Position numbers and translations under genes: made by a program
Part shown: piece by piece, positions 38,603 through 48,220 of the stretch
Position numbering within the stretch: the first letter of the stretch is position 1
Layout: each line of letters begins with the position of its first letter
DNA from: an uncultured Nitrospiraceae bacterium
GTDB lineage: Bacteria; Nitrospirota; Nitrospiria; Nitrospirales; Nitrospiraceae
Direction: 5' to 3'
DNA: 64,000 nucleotides
Assembly: GCA_963846575.1 (NCBI GenBank)
Contig: CAWJWJ010000001.1
Coordinates: forward strand, 1,024,001-1,088,000
The notes under the pieces: model-generated
Told to the model about the DNA's origin: nothing
Database searches by the model: none
What the model saw: only the letters and a program-made list of their open reading frames with translations

Positions 38603-39292
38603 ATGTTTCTGGAACCGGAACGCGACAAGCCGAGCCGTGAACTGTCGGGGAAAGCCCATCCTTTTCCCGTTCCGGAACGTATTCCAATCTTCCCTCTTCC
38701 GAACGTGGTGTTCTTCCCCAAAACCTATTTGCCGCTTCATGTGTTCGAGCCGCGCTATCGGGAGATGGTAGCGGATGCGGCGGCGGGAGGGCAATGCATC
38801 GGCATGGCGCTTCTGAAGGAAGGGTGGGAAGGGCAATACGACGGCAACCCGCCGATTTTCCACATGGGCTGTGTCGGCCGCCTGGCCAGCGTCCAAACAT
38901 TTCCCGACGGGCGTTCCAACATTCTGCTCCAAGGGATCGAACGTTACGAGGTCCACGAGGAGTTCTACGAAAAAAGTTATCGTGAAGCTCGGGTGACTTT
39001 GAAGCCTCACGAGCAGGATTTGCCCATGGACCCCGCGTTGCGCCACTATCTGCTGGAAGTCGTCGGCGAATATCTTCAGGGGGACGAAGAGGGTTCTCCG
39101 CTTCACAGTCTGGTCCGCCCCGATGTCAGCGACGAAGTGTTCGTGAACTCCCTCTCGACCTATCTCGATTGTACTCCACTTGAAAAGCAATTCTTATTGG
39201 AGGCCGATCACCTCCCGCAGCAAGCACGCAGACTCAGCGACCTGATCCAATTCAAGCTGGCGGAGCGACGGGGTGCCGGAGGGTGGCGGTGA
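38603..39292 (+). CDS. Stand-alone Lon protease N-terminal substrate-binding domain protein
   Basis: PIFPLPNVVFFP...LPLHVFEPRYREMV, DGRSNILLQG, LEKQFLLE. Confidence 0.88.
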   Translation: MFLEPERDKPSRELSGKAHPFPVPERIPIFPLPNVVFFPKTYLPLHVFEPRYREMVADAAAGGQCIGMALLKEGWEGQYDGNPPIFHMGCVGRLASVQTFPDGRSNILLQGIERYEVHEEFYEKSYREARVTLKPHEQDLPMDPALRHYLLEVVGEYLQGDEEGSPLHSLVRPDVSDEVFVNSLSTYLDCTPLEKQFLLEADHLPQQARRLSDLIQFKLAERRGAGGWR

Positions 39293-40263
39293 TGTCGGGG
39301 GCGGTTGCTATTGAGGTCTCGCATCTCCGAAAAGCCTACGACAAGGTACAGGCTGTCGAGGATGTGTCATTTCAAGTCCATTCCGGCGAAATATTCGGGT
39401 TGCTTGGCCCCAACGGCGCCGGCAAGAGTACGACGCTTCGCATTTTGATTACCCTCCTCCATCCGACCGCCGGGTCGGCCAGAATCTTCGGGCTCGATTC
39501 AGTGAAGGACGCGGACCAGGTGCGGCAGACGATCGGATACGTGCCTCAAGAGCGCGCCATCGATCGTTTTCTGACGGGCCGGGAACATCTGCAATTACTT
39601 GCCGACCTCTATCATCTCTCGCCCGCTGAAGCGTCCACGCGCATCCCCCAACTGCTGAAGCTGGTCGAATTGGAGACGCACGCCGATCGCCCGGCCAAGA
39701 CCTACTCGGGTGGCATGAAGCGAAAGTTGGATATCGCCTGCGGCTTGCTGCCCGATCCAAAAGTTCTCTTTCTGGATGAACCGACACTCGGCTTGGACGT
39801 GCAAAGTCGCCTCCGTATTTGGGATCACGTGCGGGCGATGCGGGATCGAGGCATTACGGTGGTCATGACGACCAACTATCTCGATGAAGCGGACCAGCTC
39901 TGCGATCGAATCGCGATCATCGACGGCGGCCGGATCAAGGCCATGGGATCACCTACGGAATTGAAGGTCGGGTTGGGTGGAGATCTGGTGTCGCTCACCG
40001 TGCGCGAACCGGACCGGCTCGATGCGCTGGCGGCCGCCGTCAAGGTCCTGCCGGCCATCCGCGCTGTGATGACTAAGCCGAACGGACTGGATGTTCGTGT
40101 CGATTCGCCCGAGAAGGCCCTGCCGGCTATCCTCGAGGCAGCCAATCGCCTGACTTGCCAGCTCGAGTTCATCGACTATCACCGGCCGCGGCTGGATGAC
40201 GTGTTTATTGCGCATACCGGACGGTCCATTAAGGATGACCAGCCGAAGGAAACCGACCAATAA
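39292..40263 (+). CDS. ABC exporter ATP-binding protein (DrrA-like)
   Basis: GPNGAGKST, TYSGGMKRKLDIA, LFLDEPTLGLD, LDDVFIAHTG. Confidence 0.9.
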   Translation: MSGAVAIEVSHLRKAYDKVQAVEDVSFQVHSGEIFGLLGPNGAGKSTTLRILITLLHPTAGSARIFGLDSVKDADQVRQTIGYVPQERAIDRFLTGREHLQLLADLYHLSPAEASTRIPQLLKLVELETHADRPAKTYSGGMKRKLDIACGLLPDPKVLFLDEPTLGLDVQSRLRIWDHVRAMRDRGITVVMTTNYLDEADQLCDRIAIIDGGRIKAMGSPTELKVGLGGDLVSLTVREPDRLDALAAAVKVLPAIRAVMTKPNGLDVRVDSPEKALPAILEAANRLTCQLEFIDYHRPRLDDVFIAHTGRSIKDDQPKETDQ

Positions 40264-40292
40264 CGGGCTGCGCGGAACATTCAGGATCGTGT

Positions 40293-41072
40293 ATGAAAGA
40301 ATATTGGCAGGAAATACGAGCCTTGACGATGCGGTGGGTACGGCGGCTCAGCCGTGAAAAGTTCAGCATGCTGTTCACCCTCGTGCAGCCGATGTTGTTC
40401 TGGCTGATCTTTTTCGGCAACTTGTTTCAACGGGCGGCCGATATGCAGGTCACGCAAGCATCGAGCTATATCAGCTTCCTCACCGCCGGAGTCGTGGTCA
40501 TGACGGTGCTTAATAATGGGCTGGCCGGGGGGGTCGATCTCCTGTTCGATAAGGAGAACGGATTCCTGGAGCGGCTGATGTCCACACCCATTCATCGTAG
40601 CTCCGTCATTCTGAGCCGGTTTATTTTTGTGATGACCATCACCTCGTTACAAGTACTGGTCATTCTGGCCGTGGCGTGGTTATTCGGGGTGCAGCCGGTT
40701 ACCGGACTGCTGGGCGTGGCGGCCATCCTGTTCATCGGCATGATGTTCGGGGTCGGCCTGACGGCCATCTCGATGGCGATGGCCTTTTCCGTGAAAAGCC
40801 ATGGTGATTTCTTTTCCGTCCTCGGGTTTCTCTCCTTGCCCATGATCTTTTTGAGTTCGGCATTGGTGCCGCTGTCGGCTATGCCGGGATGGATGGGATT
40901 TCTGGCGCAGTTTAATCCCATGACCTGGGCCATCGACGCGGTGCGTCCCCTGATTCTACAGGGATGGACTGAGGCCTTGCCGCATGTTGCAATGGTAGTT
41001 GTGGTGATGGTGCTCTTTGACGCGCTATGCCTCTATGGAGGCGCGCGTGCGTTCCGCCGGGCAATCGGGTGA
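40293..41072 (+). CDS. ABC-2 permease (DrrB-like)
   Basis: Six TM helices; LVQP..W, DKENGFLERL, NPMTWAIDAVR. Confidence 0.88.
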   Translation: MKEYWQEIRALTMRWVRRLSREKFSMLFTLVQPMLFWLIFFGNLFQRAADMQVTQASSYISFLTAGVVVMTVLNNGLAGGVDLLFDKENGFLERLMSTPIHRSSVILSRFIFVMTITSLQVLVILAVAWLFGVQPVTGLLGVAAILFIGMMFGVGLTAISMAMAFSVKSHGDFFSVLGFLSLPMIFLSSALVPLSAMPGWMGFLAQFNPMTWAIDAVRPLILQGWTEALPHVAMVVVVMVLFDALCLYGGARAFRRAIG

Positions 41073-41098
41073 CTATTCTCTCGCATCAAGGACCGTCC

Positions 41099-41959
41099 AT
41101 GTTCGTAAATGAAAGCCAAATACGCGCCTTGATCCGGCTCCTCGGCGACGAGGATGAACGGATCGTCAAAACCATCAGTGGAAAACTCATCGATTGCGGC
41201 GACTCCGCCGTGCCATTGCTGCAAGAGGCCGAGATCGAGCAGCCGGACATGGCTGATCGCATCGTAACCGTGTTGGAGGAAATCCGGGGCACGAAGCTGG
41301 AAGACGAATTGCGGGATCTTATCGCATTGCAGGACGATCAGATCGATCTCGAAACCGGAGCCTTTCTCCTCGCCCGTTACGCCTATCCCATGCTGGATGT
41401 GCCCGCTTATCGGCAGCAATTGGACCGAATGGCTCAAGATGTGCGGGAGCAGATCGGGTCGCGCGTATCGGGTGAGGAAACGGTGAAAGCGCTCAACCGG
41501 TATTTATTTACGGAAGCCGGGTTCAAAGGGAATACCAAGAACTATTACGAGGTCGAGAATAGCTACCTGAATTGCGTGATCGACCGACGAACGGGGATTC
41601 CCATCAGCTTATCGGCCATCTATCTTCTGATTGGCCGGCGATTGCAGTTGCCGGTGCAGGGAATTGGGATGCCCGGGCATTTCCTCGTCAAGTTTGACTC
41701 GGACAAATACAAGATCTTCATCGACTGCTTCAACGGAGGAGCGTTGCTCACCGAGAAAAATTGCGCGCGTTTCCTCACCGAGGCCGGCTACGGATTTGAA
41801 GATCGATTTCTCCAGAAGAGCTCGACGCGAGCAATCCTGGCCCGCATGATCAAGAATCTATTGGCCATTTACAGCAAGCTCGATGAGCCGTTGAAAAAAA
41901 CCCGCCTGCCTCGATTCCTGGAAATATTGGGCTGTGAGCAACGGGAAGAGGGCCTCTAG
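41099..41959 (+). CDS. SirB1-like (transglutaminase-like core) protein with N-terminal HEAT-like helices
   Basis: GFKGN..NYY..NSYLN.VI.RRTGIPISLS, GIGMPGHF, IDCFNGG, ILARMIKNL. Confidence 0.82.
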   Translation: MFVNESQIRALIRLLGDEDERIVKTISGKLIDCGDSAVPLLQEAEIEQPDMADRIVTVLEEIRGTKLEDELRDLIALQDDQIDLETGAFLLARYAYPMLDVPAYRQQLDRMAQDVREQIGSRVSGEETVKALNRYLFTEAGFKGNTKNYYEVENSYLNCVIDRRTGIPISLSAIYLLIGRRLQLPVQGIGMPGHFLVKFDSDKYKIFIDCFNGGALLTEKNCARFLTEAGYGFEDRFLQKSSTRAILARMIKNLLAIYSKLDEPLKKTRLPRFLEILGCEQREEGL

Positions 41960-42103
41960 CAGCCGGGATTCATTCCCGACTGAACTCCGGTCTGACTTGG
42001 CCGTCCCAATGGCAGCGCCTCTGCACCTCTGATCGATCGCAGGATACTTGCATTGCGCTCCCGGTCGCGAAGCTCTCGTCCGGTATGCATTTCTCCAGAC
42101 CAG

Positions 42104-42862
42104 CTAGCCGCGTAGCTTGAGCAGGTCCCGCGCCATGCGAATCCGTCCGGCAAAGTAGTTCCTCGCCTGTCCCTGCACGTCAAACTGTTCGGCAATGGGA
42201 TAAAAATGAGACAGCACGAGCTGGTCGACTCCCGCCTCCTCCGCAACCCGGCCGCAGAGGCCGGCGTGAAGATGTCCCGCACCAGGCCGGTTTTCCGGAA
42301 AGGAACAGTCCAGAATTGCGAGATCTGCGCCGGAGCAGAGCCGAACGAGGCTGTCGCAATACAGGGAATCGCCTGAATAGGTCACGACATGGTCCTGAAA
42401 TTCGATTCGATACCCGACGCAGTGCAGACGGGGCGCGTGGGTGACCGTGGCAGGTTTCACGCGGGTGTCTCCGAGTCGAAAGGCCCGGTCGGAGATTTCG
42501 CGAATCGTGACGCGAAACGGAGCCTTATCGAAACTCGGAAATGTCGTGAGCATGGCCTGTATCAACCGTCTCGTCCCGCGCGGTCCGATCAAAGTCAGCG
42601 GCGGTCTGGTGCCACCTTGATATTTGCAGAAAATGACCGCGTCGAAGAAGAACGGGATGAAGTCGGCGAAATGGTCCGCGTGGAAATGGGAAAAGAGAAT
42701 GTGCGTGATGCGGTGGCGGTCGATGCCGGTCTTGATCAGGTTGGAGAGGGTGCGAGGACCGAAGTCGAGCAGGAACGTATGGTCGGTTTCAATCAGGTAT
42801 CCGGCCGCGGCCCTGGTGGGGTGAACGTTGGTCCCGGACCCCAGGACGGTCACCCGAATCAT
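42104..42862 (-). CDS. MBL-fold metallohydrolase, RNase Z-like
   Basis: VLGSGT, LLDFG, SHFHADH, YSGDS, HL..G, LVLSHFYP. Confidence 0.85.
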   Translation of the reverse strand: MIRVTVLGSGTNVHPTRAAAGYLIETDHTFLLDFGPRTLSNLIKTGIDRHRITHILFSHFHADHFADFIPFFFDAVIFCKYQGGTRPPLTLIGPRGTRRLIQAMLTTFPSFDKAPFRVTIREISDRAFRLGDTRVKPATVTHAPRLHCVGYRIEFQDHVVTYSGDSLYCDSLVRLCSGADLAILDCSFPENRPGAGHLHAGLCGRVAEEAGVDQLVLSHFYPIAEQFDVQGQARNYFAGRIRMARDLLKLRG

Positions 42863-43317
42863 AAAACCGGCGCTCCCTGGAAGCTCTGCCGCAGACGCAG
42901 CAGCAACGTGCGCAATTGATCGGCCTCAGCCGCGGTGAGCGCGCGTTCGAAATAGGGACGAAGAAACGCGATGTGCGCGACGAAGGTTTTCCGGAACAGG
43001 CGGTCACCCTTATCGGTAAGATGGATGCGAGTGCTCCGCCGGTCGGCCGCCACCGGGATCCGCCTGATCAATCCCTTGGCCGCCAGGCGGTCAAGCACGC
43101 CGGTCAGTGTTCCCTTCGTCACGAGCGTGGCGGCTGATAATTCGGCGCAGGTCAGGCCTTCGGTATCGCCTAATGTCGCAATCACGTCGAATTGCGACGG
43201 CGTGAGTCGCAAGGAACGCACATGCCGGCTGTCTGCGCGCCAGAAGGCAAGATAGGCCTCGACCAATGGGCGCAGAACTTTGAGATGCGGATCATCTTTA
43301 AGGTGGGGGATTTCCAC
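42859..43317 (-). CDS. MarR family transcriptional regulator
   Basis: LTPSQFDVI, TKGTLTGVLDRL..KGLI.R, DRRS..I.LT.KG. Confidence 0.9.
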   Translation of the reverse strand: MEIPHLKDDPHLKVLRPLVEAYLAFWRADSRHVRSLRLTPSQFDVIATLGDTEGLTCAELSAATLVTKGTLTGVLDRLAAKGLIRRIPVAADRRSTRIHLTDKGDRLFRKTFVAHIAFLRPYFERALTAAEADQLRTLLLRLRQSFQGAPVL

Positions 43318-43326
43318 TGTGGCCGC

Positions 43327-43406
43327 AGCCTAGTCATCGCGTCGGGTGGCTGTCAAGAGTTCACGCGGGGGTTGCGTTGACGCCACGAGGACTGTCCCCC
43401 TATCAT
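43327..43406. promoter_or_regulatory. Back-to-back divergent sigma70 promoters
   Basis: Minus strand TTGACA(43356-43351)-18-TAGGCT(43332-43327), 9 nt before GTG 43317; plus strand TTGACG(43377)-18-TATCAT(43401-43406), 10 nt before ATG 43417. Confidence 0.5.
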
Positions 43407-43416
43407 GTCGCCTGCC

Positions 43417-44049
43417 ATGCGTCGCGATCCACAATCCGGCCAAGCGAATCTGACCGCCATATTCTTTGTGCTGGGCCTCGTCGTGTCCGGTGTCTGGATC
43501 TGGAAACGGCTGTCGCCGGATCTCCAGGATCTTATCATCGACCAGGCACTGCCCTTGGCCGCGCTGGGGCTGGTCATCCTGGCGGCGATCTGGATTCTCG
43601 CCGGCAAGGTCAGAAAGATCCTGCGTCGTCGCCAACAGCGCGCCCGATTGATTCTCCTGTGGGAGAAGCAGACCTCACAGCAGAAGCGGCTGCAGCTGGC
43701 CTTCGCGATGATCGAAGTGAATGACTACCGTCGCGCGGGCCTGGAGGCGATTGCGCCGAAGTTGCAGGAATTATTCGTGACGACAATGCAGCGCGCTTTG
43801 GGAGACAAACAACATCAGGTGCGAGGGATGGCGGCCAGCCACTTGGGGGTGATCGGCGATGCGGCCGCCGTGACGCATCTGCTGGCGGCCCTGGAAGATG
43901 ACCATGCCTACGTGCGCTCCAGCGCGGCGCTGGGCCTCGGACGGATGCGTGCGGCCGCTGCGAAAGACAAATTGGCCTATGTCAGCAAGGAGGATTGGGA
44001 CCAAACCGTGCGGAGCAGAGCGCGTGAGGCGTTGGAACGCATTCGATGA
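43417..44049 (+). CDS. Membrane-anchored HEAT-repeat protein
   Basis: Two TM helices, then VRGMAASHLG, LEDD..YVRSSAALGLG, VRSRAREAL. Confidence 0.8.
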   Translation: MRRDPQSGQANLTAIFFVLGLVVSGVWIWKRLSPDLQDLIIDQALPLAALGLVILAAIWILAGKVRKILRRRQQRARLILLWEKQTSQQKRLQLAFAMIEVNDYRRAGLEAIAPKLQELFVTTMQRALGDKQHQVRGMAASHLGVIGDAAAVTHLLAALEDDHAYVRSSAALGLGRMRAAAAKDKLAYVSKEDWDQTVRSRAREALERIR

Positions 44050-44083
44050 CGCCATGGACCAAAGGAGGAATGCGAGGGACCGG

Positions 44084-44917
44084 TCAGGCGGTCCAGTCAA
44101 GAACGACCAGCTCAGGCGTGCAATTGAGACGAACGGGAAGGACCGACCAACCGAGACCGCGATTCACGTAGAGACGGTGGTGGCCGTTGCTGTAGAAACC
44201 GTGGGTTCGGCCGTGGCAGCCGGGCGGCAGCCAGAAGGTCGGGATATGGGGAATCCGCCACTGCCCTGCATGGCTATGGCCGCAGAGCGTGAGGTCGACA
44301 TGATGTTCAGGCATCAGTTGATCAAGAATATTGGGGGCGTGGGCCAGGACAAGCGTGAAGCGTCCGGGCTGCCGGGAAGGCACACAGCTGAGGTCCGCGC
44401 GGTGGAGTGAGGGGTCGTCTAGTCCGACGATCGCCAGTTCCCCTGCTTCCATGGGGAGGAACGTCACCTGGTTAATCAGCAGGGTCACTTTGCGACGGTC
44501 GAATTGTTCGACGAACTCATCGATGGGGACGCCACTGTAGTGATCGTGATTGCCGAGAGTGACGAAGACCGGAGCAAGCCGCCGTAGTTCAGTAAGAAAG
44601 CGAAGGACATGCGGTAGGCCGTCTCGAACATTCAGGAGATCGCCGGTGATGAAGATCCAGTCTGGCGCCAAACCGGCAATGCGGCGGACGAGCGTGCGAT
44701 GTCGTGGGCGGTATCGGTCCAGATGTAAGTCACTCAAGTGTATGGCGCGACGCCCGGCCAAAGGAGCATGCACAAGGGGAAGGTGCGTGACGGCGGGAGA
44801 AGACAGGCCGACTTCGAAGCCAGGCACCAGGTTGAACAGATGGTGGAAAGGGCGGCCAAGCCAGTGGCCGATCCCGACACGCGCCAATTCCTGCCACCGG
44901 ACAAGCCTTGCGATCAC
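44084..44917 (-). CDS. Calcineurin-like metallophosphoesterase (YkuE-like)
   Basis: SDLH, TGDL, LGNHD, GLDD, AHAP, GHSHAGQ, YVNRGLG. Confidence 0.88.
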   Translation of the reverse strand: MIARLVRWQELARVGIGHWLGRPFHHLFNLVPGFEVGLSSPAVTHLPLVHAPLAGRRAIHLSDLHLDRYRPRHRTLVRRIAGLAPDWIFITGDLLNVRDGLPHVLRFLTELRRLAPVFVTLGNHDHYSGVPIDEFVEQFDRRKVTLLINQVTFLPMEAGELAIVGLDDPSLHRADLSCVPSRQPGRFTLVLAHAPNILDQLMPEHHVDLTLCGHSHAGQWRIPHIPTFWLPPGCHGRTHGFYSNGHHRLYVNRGLGWSVLPVRLNCTPELVVLDWTA

Positions 44918-45564
44918 TCCATCACCCGATTCAAGCGGTCCTTGTCGGCGGTCGTGACTCGATACCCTTGATCGTACAACTTGCCCATGCCGTTCATCAG
45001 GGCTTCCATACCTCGGGAGCTGTGCAAGGCATCGAACGTCGCCGTCAGAGAGACCAGGTGCGCATCGGCACCGAGCGAAGGCTCTGACGAGAGGTCCAGG
45101 GCGAGGAGGACGTCGTGAAGTTCACGGCTGTTATAGAGGGAATTATCGTCGCCATCGCCGACCAGGGCAAACTCGTAAAAAGTCAGACTGAGAGACAGAA
45201 GGGCTTGTGTGCGCTGGAAGTCGGTCCGGACGGCGTCGATTCCTTCCGGATAGCGCGAGCGGCAGTCCGATGCATCGGTGGCAGCCAAAAGTGAGCCGGA
45301 TCCCTCGCTCCAGGCGATACGCTGCACTTCGGGAGGCGCTGGTCTCTGGCGCTGCTGTTTATAAAACCAGTTCATACATTGGCTGGCGGTGGCAAAGGCC
45401 TGCTTGTCGGTGTCGGCTTGTCGGTGGATATGCTGAGTGAAACGGCTGAAGATATCGATACCGGTCGACTGTGGAGCCGCCATCGGTGAGGACACGAACG
45501 CGACCGTGATGGAGCAGAACAAGGCCCAGCCGGCAAGAGGTGTATAGGGGATTCTGGTCTGCAT
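44914..45564 (-). CDS. Secreted hypothetical protein with a single EF-hand-like loop
   Basis: Signal-like N-terminus; DGDDNSLYNSRE (45156-45121); GTGA overlap with the downstream gene. Confidence 0.6.
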   Translation of the reverse strand: MQTRIPYTPLAGWALFCSITVAFVSSPMAAPQSTGIDIFSRFTQHIHRQADTDKQAFATASQCMNWFYKQQRQRPAPPEVQRIAWSEGSGSLLAATDASDCRSRYPEGIDAVRTDFQRTQALLSLSLTFYEFALVGDGDDNSLYNSRELHDVLLALDLSSEPSLGADAHLVSLTATFDALHSSRGMEALMNGMGKLYDQGYRVTTADKDRLNRVME

Positions 45565-45678
45565 CGGGTTCGCTCAGAATGAGTGTCGGATCCCAGCAAG
45601 GCCTAGAAAGAGTATAACACGGTTGAGTGCCCTGCCTATCCGGGGTCCGTAATTGATACCTATCATGAACGAGAAGGA

Positions 45679-46743
45679 ATGCTCATGACAACCTTGTCCT
45701 GGCTCGATGAAAAGTTACCCTACCTCACCGCTGCCATCCCGCCCCTCGGCGGACGAATTCGCAGCACCCCCGATGATTTTTGCGTCGAGGAACGCCCACT
45801 CTATTTACCCTGCGGGCAAGGGGAGCATTTATACATTCGAGTCACCAAACGAGGCTTGTCCACGCCGGATCTCCTCCTGCGGCTGTCGTCCCAGTTCCGC
45901 GTGAGAGCCCAATCCATCGGGGTCGCCGGGCTGAAGGATGCCCAGGCTGTGACCACGCAAATGATTTCATTACAGGGGGTGAAGGAGGAAGTCGTGGCGG
46001 GGTTGTCCACTGACGAGCGTCTACTTTCCTTCGAGATATTGGGTCGCCACCGCAACCGACTCCGTAAGGGACACCATGCAGGCAATCATTTCCGGTTGGT
46101 GATACGGGATGTCAGCAATGAAGCGGCAGACTCTCTCGAGCCTCTGTTCGACGTGCTGCTACGCCGCGGGATTCCCAACTATTTCGGTCCTCAACGGCAG
46201 GGGAGATCGGGGACGAATTTTCAGTTGGGGGCCGAGCTGTTACAAGATGTTTCCCGCCGCAACAAGCTGAGCCGCGACAAGCGGATGTGGTTCATGAATT
46301 CCTATCAATCCCATGTGTTCAACCAGATCCTTGCCAAGCGGATCGATAGTATCGATCGGGTGTCTCTCGGCGACTGGGCCATGAAAACGGAGAATGGGGC
46401 CTGTTTTCCCGTGGAGCAGCCTGATGTGGAGCAGTTGCGAGCCGACCGGTTCGAGATCAGTCCCACCGGTCCGCTCTTCGGTTCGCGCGCGCCATGGGCC
46501 ACGGGAGTCCCGGGCGACGTTGAGAAGTCCGTGATTGCAGACCTCGGGACCACACCGGAGGCCCTGTCGCAAGCCGGCGCCGATTGTGGATTCCGGGGAG
46601 AACGGCGCGCCCTGAGGGTCCGCCTCAACGATCTCACCTGGTCCCTCGACGGCTCTGTCTTGACCCTGGCGTTCTGGCTGCCTCCCGGTTCCTACGCCAC
46701 CAGCCTGCTCCGGGAAATCGTGAAAACCCACACCTCCTCATAG
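45679..46743 (+). CDS. truD: tRNA pseudouridine(13) synthase
   Basis: DFCVEE, GEHL, AGLKDAQAVTTQ, GNHF, PNYFGPQR, GSYATSLLRE. Confidence 0.93.
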   Translation: MLMTTLSWLDEKLPYLTAAIPPLGGRIRSTPDDFCVEERPLYLPCGQGEHLYIRVTKRGLSTPDLLLRLSSQFRVRAQSIGVAGLKDAQAVTTQMISLQGVKEEVVAGLSTDERLLSFEILGRHRNRLRKGHHAGNHFRLVIRDVSNEAADSLEPLFDVLLRRGIPNYFGPQRQGRSGTNFQLGAELLQDVSRRNKLSRDKRMWFMNSYQSHVFNQILAKRIDSIDRVSLGDWAMKTENGACFPVEQPDVEQLRADRFEISPTGPLFGSRAPWATGVPGDVEKSVIADLGTTPEALSQAGADCGFRGERRALRVRLNDLTWSLDGSVLTLAFWLPPGSYATSLLREIVKTHTSS

Positions 46744-46969
46744 GCCCGGGGCAGTCCGGGGAGCGTCTGTATTCGACGGAGTCCCAGAGCAGGATCGTCC
46801 GCCGTTCTCCGGCCACCGCATGGTTGGGTGCCATCAGCATGCCCTGATCATCGTGTGCTCCGTGCGGTGTGAAGGTTCGGAGAGACTCGCAGTTTTGTGT
46901 CTTCCATGTCTCATATTTTCCGGCGGATGGTAGAATCTGAGGAAAGGCGAGCAGCGGGTTGGAGGGAGG

Positions 46970-48220
46970 ATGGGCATGGCAGAATCGCAAGAAACCGTTT
47001 TTCTACAGGGTCACATCATCGATTCCTTGATCCTGGCAAAAGTCCTGGACAGGATCTTGATGATGGGCGGTACCTTCGACCTGCAAGATGTGAAAATCGG
47101 AGCCACCAGGGAATCTACGTCCCAGGCGCGGATCGTCGTGCGGGCTCCCTCAAGCCGGGTACTCGCAGAGATTCTGCAGGCGATCCAGCCTCATGGCGCT
47201 GCCATCGAGCGGGAAGAGGATTGTCGACTCGAGGCCGCTCCGTCCGCCGGCGTATTTCCCGAAGAATTTTATGCGACGACGCATCTGCCGACTCACGTTC
47301 GACTCGAGGGCGAGTGGGTGGAAGTCGAAGGCATGGAAATGGACCTTGGGATCGCCGTCGATCCGGCCAAAACGCACGCTCGGACCGTTTCAATGGGCGC
47401 CGTGAAGGCGGGCGAACTGATTGTGACGGGCCGGGACGGCATCAGGGTGATGCCGCTCGGCCGCCCCACCGAGCGCGACGTGTTTGGATTCATGGAATCC
47501 GTGGTGTCGTCGGAACGTCCACATCAGCCGGTCATCGTGGACATCGCGAGGCGAATGCAGAAGTTGCGCGAACGGCATCGGGAAGGGCGCGCCGGAGCCA
47601 AAGTGTTATTGGCTGGCGGGCCGGCCATCGTCCATGCGGGAGGTCGAGACGCATTGGCCTGGTTGGTGGACCAGGGCTATGTGCAGGTGTTGTTCTGCGG
47701 GAATGCGCTGGCCGCTCATGACATGGAAGCCGGCCTGTATGGCACGTCACTCGGGTACGGATTGGCGGCGGGCCGCTCGGTGCCGCATGGTCACGAGCAC
47801 CATCTCAGGACCATCAACCGGATTCGCGCCATCGGCAGCATTCAAGCGGCGGTGGACGCGGGCGTCGTCACCGACGGGATCATGGCGGCATGCGTCCGGC
47901 GCAAGGTGAAGATGGTCATGGCCGGAACCATTCGGGACGATGGCCCGTTGCCGGGTGTCGTGACGGATTCGATGGAGGCCCAGCAAGCGATGCGCAAGGA
48001 AATACATGGCGTCGGGTTTGCCCTGCTGGTTGCTTCGACCCTCCATGCGATCGCCACCGGCAACTTGCTGCCAGCCACCATCCCCACCGTCTGTGTCGAT
48101 GTCAATCCGGCTGTGCCGACGAAACTGGCCGACCGGGGGAGCTTTCAGGCAGTGGGGCTCGTCATGGATGCGGCCTCATTTCTCACCGAACTCGCGCGTG
48201 AACTGGGGTGGCGTCGATGA
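46970..48220 (+). CDS. TIGR00300-family protein (LOR/SDH-like plus ornithine cyclodeaminase-like C-terminal part of AgrE/ArgZ)
   Basis: GHIIDS, FYATT..PT, FGFM...VSSERP, GPAIVH.GG, GNALAAHD.E, GH.HHLR.IN, AGTIRDDGPLP, LHAIATGN, CVDVNP..KLADRGS. Confidence 0.85.
   Translation: MGMAESQETVFLQGHIIDSLILAKVLDRILMMGGTFDLQDVKIGATRESTSQARIVVRAPSSRVLAEILQAIQPHGAAIEREEDCRLEAAPSAGVFPEEFYATTHLPTHVRLEGEWVEVEGMEMDLGIAVDPAKTHARTVSMGAVKAGELIVTGRDGIRVMPLGRPTERDVFGFMESVVSSERPHQPVIVDIARRMQKLRERHREGRAGAKVLLAGGPAIVHAGGRDALAWLVDQGYVQVLFCGNALAAHDMEAGLYGTSLGYGLAAGRSVPHGHEHHLRTINRIRAIGSIQAAVDAGVVTDGIMAACVRRKVKMVMAGTIRDDGPLPGVVTDSMEAQQAMRKEIHGVGFALLVASTLHAIATGNLLPATIPTVCVDVNPAVPTKLADRGSFQAVGLVMDAASFLTELARELGWRR

Noticed and set aside
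48208..48220. Frameshifted single AgrE fusion gene
   Set aside because: Domain order is the reverse of the fusion, and the junction is an ordinary ATGA coupling.
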